DNA of 64,000 nt. Origin: Pedobacter sp. (lineage in GTDB: Bacteria > Desulfobacterota > Desulfuromonadia > Desulfuromonadales > Syntrophotaleaceae). The stretch lies in NCBI GenBank assembly GCA_050253415.1, contig JBFWJC010000001.1, positions 712,679-776,678 on the forward strand, written 5' to 3'. The position numbers and the translations under genes are program-made. Below, piece by piece: positions 38,738 through 47,185 of the stretch; the stretch's first letter is position 1; the number at the start of each line of letters is the position of its first letter. Below the pieces are notes generated by a model that saw only the letters and a program-made list of their open reading frames with translations, was not told the origin of the DNA and did no database searches.

Positions 38738-39613
38738 TTATCCTTCTGCTGCCTGGAGGGCGGTCATAGCGGCATCAAGGTGACGGAAGAAGATGTCGCG
38801 GATGCCGGCGTTGTAGCCGAGCGGCCGGGAACAGGTCGCTTCAGGGGCGCCAATCAGGCTTTTCCACGAATCGGGTTCGTCACCCAGGACATCGTTCTCG
38901 ATGTGATCGCCGGCTACCAGCATCAACGGCACGAAATGCACCGCCCCCGCTTTTGCGGCATGTTCCCGCGCCCAGGGCAATTTGGCCAGGCCGGGTTTTC
39001 CTTCCACGCTGCAGATGACGGCGTTGTCGCATTGCGATTCGACGGTAGCGGCAAAGTCCAGTAACGCCTGATTGTAGCGGGAGTATTTGCTGTTGCCGTG
39101 GGTGACGAACACCGTCGGACGGTCCGAAGCGATGTCTTCGCTTACCGCGGCAGCTACGGCACGGATATCTTCAGGCGTTGCCATCAGCGGTTGCCCGTAA
39201 GATACTTTCACGCTGCCGGTCGGGACCTGGGCTATTTCCGCATCCTTTTCACCGGGCACGATCATCAGCGATTGCAGTACGGCCTGACGATAGCCCTGGG
39301 CCTGAAGTTCTGCGAGGGTTTCTGGCAGGTTACGCACCTGGACCCCGCGTGTGTGCAGCCGATCCACAACGGTCTGGGAGGTGAAAGCCAGGAAGATGTC
39401 ATGGTCTGGATAGCGTTCCTGCGCTGCCTGCTCGATGACGTCGAACACTTCCCGACCTTTGTCCGAAGTGGTACCGAAGGCGACCAGCACGATGGCCGGT
39501 GTTGTTTGGCTCATGATTGCATCCTTCCCAACAGCAGTGCCGGACTCTTTCGCCGCACAGCCGGGCAGGGCAAAAAGCAGCAGGCATGCGATGAATCTGG
39601 ATAGAAGGGTCAT
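38738..39613 (-). CDS. cbiK: Sirohydrochlorin cobaltochelatase CbiK with lipoprotein signal
   Basis: AIVLVAFGTT, AFTSQ, IVPGE, THGN, VEG, PLMLVAGDHIEND, PLG; lipobox LPGC. Confidence 0.88.
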   Translation of the reverse strand: MTLLSRFIACLLLFALPGCAAKESGTAVGKDAIMSQTTPAIVLVAFGTTSDKGREVFDVIEQAAQERYPDHDIFLAFTSQTVVDRLHTRGVQVRNLPETLAELQAQGYRQAVLQSLMIVPGEKDAEIAQVPTGSVKVSYGQPLMATPEDIRAVAAAVSEDIASDRPTVFVTHGNSKYSRYNQALLDFAATVESQCDNAVICSVEGKPGLAKLPWAREHAAKAGAVHFVPLMLVAGDHIENDVLGDEPDSWKSLIGAPEATCSRPLGYNAGIRDIFFRHLDAAMTALQAAEG

Positions 39614-39694
39614 TGATGTTCTCTCCTAAATGGGCTGACCAGTTTTCAAAACCTTAATTTCAAGTCCACATTCCGGTTTTGGCCTTAGATGTGG

Positions 39695-40828
39695 TTTGGC
39701 TTATGTTTTTCACTCAACAACACCGTGCTGCCCGTTTCGCAAGAGGAACAACGGTCCTCTTGATTCAGTAATCCGCGTAAGAGAAACAGTCCCAAGAAAC
39801 CAGTGGCACGTTGGGTCGACGCCATCGTCGTGGAATCCGCCACTTTTCGCGACCCCATTGCCCCCCGCAGGGGAAAGCCATTTTTTGCTTACTTTTTGTT
39901 GGCTTGGACAAAAAGTAAGGCGCCGGGCGGGGGCGCGACCCCGCGGTCCTGAAGTCAGGGTTGCGTAGCGTGTTCCGAGTGCTGAGTTCAAAAGCTTACA
40001 ATCCTAAAGTCAAGTTCGCCGGTCCCGGCCGGCAGCCGGAATACTTTCTTTGCAAGGCCCCAAAGAAAGTACCCAAAGAAATGGCCTTGGCTGCGCCGAC
40101 ACCACTGGCGCGGAGGAATCAGGCTCAACGCACACTCGCTGCGATCCAGGAATGGCGCGTCTGCGGGCGCTCCACTTGCCACCAGAGGCGATTTGCCACC
40201 GGTGAAGGAGGATCTTTTCAACACCGTCGCTGCGGGTAAAGCAACACTGACATCCGGTTCCGCTAAAAAAAATTGGGTTGAGGTTTGGCTTATGCTTTTC
40301 ACTCAACAACACCGTGCTGCCCTTTTCGCAAGAGGAGCAACGGTCCTCTTGATTCAGTAATCCGCGTAAGAGAAACAGTCCCAAGAAACCAGTGGCACGA
40401 TGAGTCGACGCCATCGTTGTGGAATCCGCCACTTTTCGCGACCACATTGCCCCCCGCAGGGGAAAGCCATTTTTTGCTTACTTTTTGTTGGCTTGGACAA
40501 AAAGTAAGGCGCCGGGCGGGGGCGCGACCCCGCGGTCCTGAAGTCAGGGTTGCGTAGCGTGTTCCGAGTGCTGAGTTCAAAAGCTTACAATCCTAAACTC
40601 AAGTTCGCCGGTCCCGGCCGGCAGCCGGGATACTTTCTTTGCAAGGCCCCAAAGAAAGTATCCAAAGAAATGGCCTTGGCTGCGTCGACACCACTGGCGC
40701 GAAGGAATCAGGCTCAACGCACACTCACTATGATACTGAAATCGGGCGTCTGCGGACGCTCCATTTGCCACCATAGGCGGTTCGCTACCGGTGAAGGAGG
40801 ATCTTTTCAACACCGTCGCTGCTGGGTA
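39695..40828 (-). repeat. Tandem type A repeats, 589-bp period (half + full + half copy)
   Basis: 39696 matches 40285 and 40010 matches 40599; the linker between copies is near-identical. Confidence 0.9.
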
Positions 40829-40915
40829 GTCAAAACCGACAGCTCGGTTTTGCATTAGCGTCGACGCGATTTCCGTTACGGAGGGCCGATGCCTCAGCCC
40901 TCCGTATCTAGCTGC

Positions 40916-42331
40916 TTACAGCGAAGTCAAATCGATGCTGGTCGTGGTGTCCGCATCCCAATCTTCCCACAGATAGGTGTCTTCCTTACCGTCGGCGATC
41001 AGACGCAGGGCATAGCGTACCTGCTCTTCGTACAGTTCGCAGAATGCGCCGGGGACGTTCTGGCCACCGTTCATTTCATGCGCTTCGGCGGGGCAGGGCG
41101 AACCGCAGAAATGGCGGATTGCGCAGTTTTTACAGGGGTCGATGTTTTCCACCACGCGTTCGGTGACAGCGCGGAAGGGTTCGCTTTGCAGCACCGCCTC
41201 GATATCGTCGGTGTACAGGTTGCCGCCTTTGAAGCGTTCCACACCGACGAATTCGCTGCAGGGGAACATGTCGCCGGAGGCGGACAGGGCGAAGAAACAG
41301 CGACCACCGCCGCAGGGCGAGATGTCGCACATCAGGCGGCGGGCCGCCGGTGCCACGACGCTGACCAGCACATTGGCGAAGTTGGCCACTACCAGCTTGC
41401 GGCCGGTTTTTTCGTACAGCTCGTAGGTGCGATCGAGGGCCTTGAGGTACCACTTGGCCATTTCATGATCGAGGGGCTTGATGTCGCGCGCGCCCTGGCG
41501 GGTGCAGCGTACCTGATTGAGCATGCAGATCGGAACCTCATGCTCGTGGAAGAAATCGACCATCTCCACCAGTTTGTCCATATTCTCCTGGGTGACGGTG
41601 CAGATGACGTTGAAATTGGCGTAGCCCTTGAGTTTGTTCATGGCCCGGACCACGTGGGCGTAGACACTGTCGCCTTCCCAGGTTTTGCGGGTGCGGGTGC
41701 AGATGTCTTCGAGGTGGCTGTCGAGGGACAGACCGATGCCGATGTTGCGCTCGGTAAGAAAGGCAATAGCTTCGTCATCCAGCAATGTGCCGTTGGTCTG
41801 TACGCCGAAACGGAAATCGTCCAGGTAGGCATCGATGCCGGCAAAAACCGCTTCGCGGGCCATCATAGGCTCGGCGCCGTGGAAGATGATCTGCGGCTTG
41901 TGACCCTCGGGAACGGTGGTTTTAAAGTATTCCTTGAGGATGCCCAGGGCTTTGATCAATTCGTCCGGAGTCATGGTCTTGCCGTCGCTGCGCATGTCCT
42001 CCGGGATGTAGCAGTAGGAACAGTTGAGATTGCAGCGGTCGGTGGGGTTGAAATAGACCGCCGACGGTTTCAGGCCGAAGCGCAAAGCGTCGATCTCCTC
42101 AAGGAATTCATCGCGACGGCTCAGAAACTGCTGCATGAAAGTGCTTTCGTTGCACAGCGCCTCACCCAGTTTGTCCTTCTGGATAAGGGACCAGAACGCC
42201 GCATCGGGATCGAGCAGCGCGACATACTCGGGGTGATCGATGCTGATGGGCAGCAAGCTGGGGCCGTTGCCGGTGTTGAAGTGGATGCCGCGGGAGCAGG
42301 CCTTGTTGTCAAACGTTTTTGTCTCGGACAT
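40916..42331 (-). CDS. cbpB: Peptide-modifying radical SAM/SPASM enzyme (CbpB-like)
   Basis: CNLNCSYC, FHGAEP, QTNG, SLD, SPASM CGGGRC...GDMFPC...CKNCAIRHFCGSPC...FC; ATG 42331 after GAGGAG. Confidence 0.85.
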   Translation of the reverse strand: MSETKTFDNKACSRGIHFNTGNGPSLLPISIDHPEYVALLDPDAAFWSLIQKDKLGEALCNESTFMQQFLSRRDEFLEEIDALRFGLKPSAVYFNPTDRCNLNCSYCYIPEDMRSDGKTMTPDELIKALGILKEYFKTTVPEGHKPQIIFHGAEPMMAREAVFAGIDAYLDDFRFGVQTNGTLLDDEAIAFLTERNIGIGLSLDSHLEDICTRTRKTWEGDSVYAHVVRAMNKLKGYANFNVICTVTQENMDKLVEMVDFFHEHEVPICMLNQVRCTRQGARDIKPLDHEMAKWYLKALDRTYELYEKTGRKLVVANFANVLVSVVAPAARRLMCDISPCGGGRCFFALSASGDMFPCSEFVGVERFKGGNLYTDDIEAVLQSEPFRAVTERVVENIDPCKNCAIRHFCGSPCPAEAHEMNGGQNVPGAFCELYEEQVRYALRLIADGKEDTYLWEDWDADTTTSIDLTSL

Positions 42332-42413
42332 GCAGTATCTCCTCAAATAGCGATATGGTTATCGGTTCCGCACTCATATTCGGCGGTCTTATACCTGGAT
42401 TGATTTTTAGGGT

Positions 42414-42437
42414 GCGGAGCGCTCGGGAGCGCTCCGC
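42414..42437. other. GC-rich hairpin between the peptide gene and the radical SAM gene
   Basis: GCGGAGCGCTC-GG-GAGCGCTCCGC perfect inverted repeat. Confidence 0.75.
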
Positions 42438-42484
42438 GGGGTTTCGTTTTTATGCGAGAAAAGGGTAGTTTCTCGCATGAAAAC

Positions 42485-42586
42485 TTAGTTGGTCTTCTTG
42501 TCCATCAAGATGTAATGGGAAAGACCGGTGCCGCTCGCCGTGCAGGATTTGCGGTAGGCGATGACTTCCTTGCGCTGTTGCTTCAT
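42485..42586 (-). CDS. cbpA: 33-aa RiPP-like precursor peptide (CbpA-like) MKQQRKEVIAYRKSCTASGTGLSHYILMDKKTN
   Basis: Below the ORF-track cutoff. Very strong RBS AAGGAGGT, ATG 42586, TAA 42485; directly upstream of the SPASM radical SAM gene. Confidence 0.88.
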   Translation of the reverse strand: MKQQRKEVIAYRKSCTASGTGLSHYILMDKKTN

Positions 42587-42706
42587 GCAATCACCTCCTT
42601 TCTTTTTGGATGGTGGAACAAAGCTCATCCCATCTGGCTGCGACGGATGTTGTTATGTTTTGATTCCCAACTAGCAACTTCGAAATATTCTTTATCTCTT
42701 TACTTC

Positions 42707-43412
42707 CAAGACCGCGGGGTTGCGCCCCCGCCCGTCGCCTTACTCTTTTAAAACGCGTCAAAAGAGTAAGCAGAAAAGCGCGCCCCGCCTCCTTGCCCGC
42801 CTGCGGCGGGTACCCTGCGCTACGCAACCGCCGGGCGGGCGGAGAAGATTCGCTGCGCTCAGTCCTCCGCCTGTTTCGCCCGTCGCTTGCTTCGCTCCGG
42901 CAGCGTCACAGGGGAATTCAAAATCAAAAACAAACGCAAAAGCGTTTATCAAATCTCGCAGTGCCGGTGCAGGCAACGGCTGTGCTGCGAGCTGTGCGCA
43001 TCACTTCTGCTGATAAATGCGCCCTACGAAGACGTACTGCTTATCATTTGCTGTGACCGTTAGATGTCGCATTCCGTGTCGCGACAGACATAACGGCGAA
43101 GCCAGACGTTACGTCCTTTCTTTGCTTATTTTCTTTAGACGGGTAAAGAAAGTAAGCCGGCTGCCGGCCGGGACCGGCGAAGTTGTTCTTTTAGTCTTTA
43201 AAATCAAGACCGCGGGGTCGCGCCCCCGCCCGGCGCCTTACTCTTTTAAAACGCGTCAAAAGAGTAAGCAGAAAAGCGCGCCCCGCCTCCTTGCCCGCCT
43301 GCGGCGGGTACCCTGCGCTACGCAACCGCCAGGCGGGCGGAGAAGATTCGCTGCGCTCAGTCCTCCGCCTGTTTCGCCTGCCGATTGCTTCGCTCCGGCA
43401 GCGTCACAGGGG
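42707..43412 (+). repeat. Structured repeat, type B (full copy 42707-~43185 plus truncated tandem copy from 43205; 498-bp period)
   Basis: Same left and right ends as type A, different interior; about 205 bp duplicated at 42707 and 43205. Confidence 0.88.
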
Positions 43413-43440
43413 ACTCAACGGCAAAGACGGAGAGTCAAAT

Positions 43441-44115
43441 TCAAAAAGACTGTCTTCCCAACGCCAACTCACACAGAGCATGAATCACGCTGACCGCCAG
43501 CGGCGAACCGCCGCGCCGTCCTTCGATGGTGATGTAAGGCACGCCCATCTCCATCAATTCCTGTTTGCTTTCCACCACGTGAACGAATCCGACCGGCATG
43601 CCGATGACCAGTGCCGGACGCAGATCGGTTTCCTGGATCAGCCGGTTGAGTTCAAGAAGTGCGACCGGCGCATTGCCGAATACCGCGATGCCGCCGTGGA
43701 GTTGCTGTTCGGCTTTGCGCACGGCGTAAAGCGAACGTGGCAGGCTGGCCTGCCGTGCTTTTTCGGCGACGTCGGCATCGGCCACGTGGCACAGGATCGA
43801 CTCCGGCTGGTACGTGGGACATACCTTTTTCAGGCGTGCCAGCGACAGGCCCGACCGGATCATGTTGGAATCGGCGTAGATGGGCGCCCCGCCGCGCAGC
43901 GCCTGGCAGGCCGCATCGATGGCGTCGGGTGAAAAGCGCACCATGTCGAGCAGGGAAAAGTCAGCGGTGGTATGCACCATACGTCGCACCACCGGCCATT
44001 GCTCCGGCGTGAAGGTGTGGGCCGGTGCTTCCTGGTCGATGATAGCCAGGGAGCGGTCTTCGATCTGTTGCCCGCTTAAGGGGTTGTTCAGTAAATCGTG
44101 GATCAACGGTTTCAT
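43441..44115 (-). CDS. cbiC: Cobalt-precorrin-8 methylmutase
   Basis: IEDRSLAII, RMVHTTADF, GNAPVAL, IGMPVGFV, GRRGGS. Confidence 0.95.
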   Translation of the reverse strand: MKPLIHDLLNNPLSGQQIEDRSLAIIDQEAPAHTFTPEQWPVVRRMVHTTADFSLLDMVRFSPDAIDAACQALRGGAPIYADSNMIRSGLSLARLKKVCPTYQPESILCHVADADVAEKARQASLPRSLYAVRKAEQQLHGGIAVFGNAPVALLELNRLIQETDLRPALVIGMPVGFVHVVESKQELMEMGVPYITIEGRRGGSPLAVSVIHALCELALGRQSF

Positions 44116-45494
44116 GATTCTCCTCGGCAAAAATCGATAAAAGCCCTTGCCGCGCCGGGGCGGCTGGCAAAATGGACGTGGACATAGCTGGCGAACAGGC
44201 GGCTGCGTTGATAGCCTTCCGCTACCGGTTTGCCGGCGCGGCGATAGCTGACCTGCCAGGCGCTCTGCCAGTCCGGGGTGGCCGGTTCGGCAATGGCTTC
44301 GGAATAATGGAATTCGTGGCCGCGCAGGCAGGTGCCGGCAGCTCCGAAAGGCCCATCGGCAAGCTGGCGAACTTCCGCATAGCCAAGCCGCTTGCGGGTG
44401 GCCAGCATGCGGGTGGCAAAGGGCAGGGCTCCGGTCATGGCATGTCGGCTGCCGTCACGCAGTTCGATCCCTTCGGACAGGTACATGAGTCCGCCGCATT
44501 CGGCGTAGATCGGGCGGTTGGCGACGGCGAAAGCGGCCACGGCCTTGCGCATGGTGTGATTGGCTTCCAGCGTGGCGGCATGTTCCTCGGGATAGCCACC
44601 GCCAAGGAACAGAGCATCCAGATCGGCGGGCAGCGTGTTGTCATGCAGGGGGGAAAACCGCACCAGGGTCGCGCCGGCTTCTTCCAAAGCCTGAAGGTTG
44701 TCCGGATAGTAGAAATGGAACGCTTCATCAAACGCCAGGCCAATGCGAATCGGCCGATCTTGGTTGCCGGAGTCCGACGAAACGGGGATAGTCGGGCCTG
44801 ACGGTACCTTTTCGGCAAGGCCGAGGATGCGCGGCATGTCGAGCTGCCGTTCAACGGCGTCGGCCAGACTGTTCAGTGCTTCGGTCGTCAAATTCTGACG
44901 GTCTGCGGTGACCAGACCCAGATGGCGGCTGGGCAAGGTCGGCAGGGAATCCCGCATGACCGCTCCGGCCAGCGGCGGCAGGCCGACGGCGGCCAGGGCG
45001 TCCCCCAGCCAGTCGGCATGGCGCGCCGACCCGCAGCGGTTGGCGATGGCACCAGCCAGGTGCAGCTCGGGGTCGAATTCGGCGTACCCTTTGACCAGGG
45101 CGGCCAGGCTGCGGGCCATGCCATGGGCGTTGACCACCAGCAGTACCGGTGCGTCGAGCCAGCGGGCGATTTCTGCGGTACTGCCCTGGGCGCTTGCCGG
45201 GTCAGCGCCATCGAACAGGCCCATGACCCCCTCGATAATGGCGATATCCGCATCGGCACTGGCTTTTGCAAACCGTTCCTGCACGTAGTCGGGGCCGCAC
45301 ATCCAGCCGTCGAGGTTGATACAGGGACGACCGCTGGCCAGCGACAGCCAGGTGGGGTCGAGGAAGTCGGGTCCGACCTTGAAGGTCTGGACGTTCAAGC
45401 CCCGCCGGCGCAGGGCGGCTGTCAGCCCCAGAGTCAGGGAGGTTTTGCCGACGCCGCTGGAGGTGCCGGCGATGACCAGTCTTGGACAACTCAT
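44112..45494 (-). CDS. cbiA: Cobyrinate a,c-diamide synthase
   Basis: IAGTSSGVGKT, FKVGPDFLDP, IEGVMGLFDG, SRHLGL, AECGGLMYL, GHEFHYS. Confidence 0.95.
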   Translation of the reverse strand: MSCPRLVIAGTSSGVGKTSLTLGLTAALRRRGLNVQTFKVGPDFLDPTWLSLASGRPCINLDGWMCGPDYVQERFAKASADADIAIIEGVMGLFDGADPASAQGSTAEIARWLDAPVLLVVNAHGMARSLAALVKGYAEFDPELHLAGAIANRCGSARHADWLGDALAAVGLPPLAGAVMRDSLPTLPSRHLGLVTADRQNLTTEALNSLADAVERQLDMPRILGLAEKVPSGPTIPVSSDSGNQDRPIRIGLAFDEAFHFYYPDNLQALEEAGATLVRFSPLHDNTLPADLDALFLGGGYPEEHAATLEANHTMRKAVAAFAVANRPIYAECGGLMYLSEGIELRDGSRHAMTGALPFATRMLATRKRLGYAEVRQLADGPFGAAGTCLRGHEFHYSEAIAEPATPDWQSAWQVSYRRAGKPVAEGYQRSRLFASYVHVHFASRPGAARAFIDFCRGES

Positions 45495-45496
45495 AG

Positions 45497-46027
45497 TCAG
45501 AACTCCACCCCGGATTGGGCCGGCCTGCCTTGTTGCAGACCGTGCTTGACGCAGCGCATTTCGGTGACGGTATCGGCCAGTTCGATGAGTGTTTCCGTTG
45601 CGTGACGGCCGGTCAGGGCCAGACGCAGCCGTGCAGGGGCCTGCCGCAGCAATTCGGCCACCTCTTCTTCTTCCAGCAGACCGGCGGCGATGGCGCCGCA
45701 GATCTCGTCGAGTACCACCAGATTGTAGTCATCGGACAGGACCGCTTCGCGGGCCAGGGCCAACCCTTCCTTGGCAACCCTTTGATGATCTTCAAACCTC
45801 GGATCGTCACGTCGTTTCGGCACGAACCCGAGACCACGCCGCACGAATTCCACCCCCGGCAATTTTTGCAGGGCGGCGATTTCGCCGCTGCCGGTATCCG
45901 ATTTGAGAAACTGCACGACCTTGGTGCGCATGCCGTGGCTGCTGGCTCTCAGCGCCATGCCCATAGCGGCGGTGGTTTTGCCTTTGCCGTCGCCGGTGAA
46001 GATGAGGATGCGTGGTTTGTCGTTCAT
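45497..46027 (-). CDS. cobO: ATP:corrinoid adenosyltransferase (CobO/BtuR/CobA type)
   Basis: TGDGKGKTTAA, VQFLK, VLDEI, LTGR, ADTVTEM, GVEF. Confidence 0.95.
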   Translation of the reverse strand: MNDKPRILIFTGDGKGKTTAAMGMALRASSHGMRTKVVQFLKSDTGSGEIAALQKLPGVEFVRRGLGFVPKRRDDPRFEDHQRVAKEGLALAREAVLSDDYNLVVLDEICGAIAAGLLEEEEVAELLRQAPARLRLALTGRHATETLIELADTVTEMRCVKHGLQQGRPAQSGVEF

Positions 46028-46078
46028 TGTCGGTAAACTCTCGTATTTTTATGACTGTGATTTATGGTCTTTTCTTCC

Positions 46079-46184
46079 ACCACGAAGGGCACGAAAATCA
46101 CGAAGAAAGACTTACAAAAAAACAAGATTTCTTTATCCAAAAAAAGCCCGGTTTACCCTTCGTGTTCTCTGTGCTCTTCGTGGT
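46079..46184. repeat. Palindromic element built from 9-bp repeats
   Basis: (CACGAAnnn)x3 on the left, mirrored by CTTCGTG/CTCTGTG/CTTCGTG on the right. Confidence 0.75.
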
Positions 46185-46225
46185 TAAAAGAGACCAGTAG
46201 CTTAAAGTCAGGGATGTGTCTCCCC

Positions 46226-47185
46226 TTAGTTGGTCGTTAGCCATATCCACCCGAATCTCATGCTCAAAAATGCCAGCGCCGCCAACAGCGAAGTGAGCAG
46301 CATCAGCTGCACCGCTGCTGCAATGTGCCGGGATGCCAATGGTTGCCCGGCATCGCCAAAATAGGGCATGTCGGTCAGTTTGCCCTGGCGGTAGACCGGA
46401 CCGCCCAGTTGAATCTCCAGGGCGCCGGCGGTGGCGGCTTCGCTCCAGCCTGAGTTGGGGCTGGGATGGTTGCGCCAGTCGCGCAGGGCGATGCGCCAGG
46501 TGTGTTTCGGGCGCAGGCCGAGCAGGGCGGCTGCGGTTACCGTGATCGGCAGGGTCAGGCGCGCCGGCAGGTAGTTGAGCACGTCGTCAAAGCGGGCCGA
46601 GGCCCAGCCGAACTGCAGGTAACGTTCGTTTTTGTAGCCGAAGGTCGAGTCGAGGGTGCTGGCGGCCTTGTACGCCAGGGCGCCGATCGGACCGAGCAGC
46701 ACCGCCCAGAACAGCGGCGCGGTGACGCCATCCACGGTGTTTTCCGCCACGCTTTCCACCGCCGCACGCACTACCCCGGACCGGTCGAGAGGAGCGGTGT
46801 CGCGGCCGACCAGCCAGCCGACGCGTTGCCGGGCCAGTTCCAGGTTGCCAAGGCGCAGGGCCTTGAGAACCTGCCAGGCGTGCACGGCCAGGTCGCGGGC
46901 GGCGAAGCAGGTCGAGAGCAGCAGGATGCCCAGGGCGTCACCCGCCCAGGGGTGCAGGCGGTATGCTGCGGTAAGCAGCAGGGTGGACACTCCTGCCGTG
47001 GTGGCGACGACGATCATGGTCGTGACGATGCCGGCCAATCGCGGATTGGTAATACTGCGGCGCAGCGGGGCTTCCAGGGCCATGGCCAGCCGTCCCATGC
47101 CTTTGACCGGATGCGGCAGGCGGCGCGGGTCGCCCCACAGCAGATCGAGGCCGATGGCGGCCAGTATCTGCATCTCGAGAGTCAT
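46226..47185 (-). CDS. cbiB: Adenosylcobinamide-phosphate synthase
   Basis: [40 protein letters not shown]. Confidence 0.95.
   Translation of the reverse strand: MTLEMQILAAIGLDLLWGDPRRLPHPVKGMGRLAMALEAPLRRSITNPRLAGIVTTMIVVATTAGVSTLLLTAAYRLHPWAGDALGILLLSTCFAARDLAVHAWQVLKALRLGNLELARQRVGWLVGRDTAPLDRSGVVRAAVESVAENTVDGVTAPLFWAVLLGPIGALAYKAASTLDSTFGYKNERYLQFGWASARFDDVLNYLPARLTLPITVTAAALLGLRPKHTWRIALRDWRNHPSPNSGWSEAATAGALEIQLGGPVYRQGKLTDMPYFGDAGQPLASRHIAAAVQLMLLTSLLAALAFLSMRFGWIWLTTN

Noticed and set aside
39695..40828. Tandem repeats as a CRISPR array or autonomous IS
   Set aside because: Units are ~500-590 bp with no short repeat/unique spacer pattern, and no cas or transposase gene is present.
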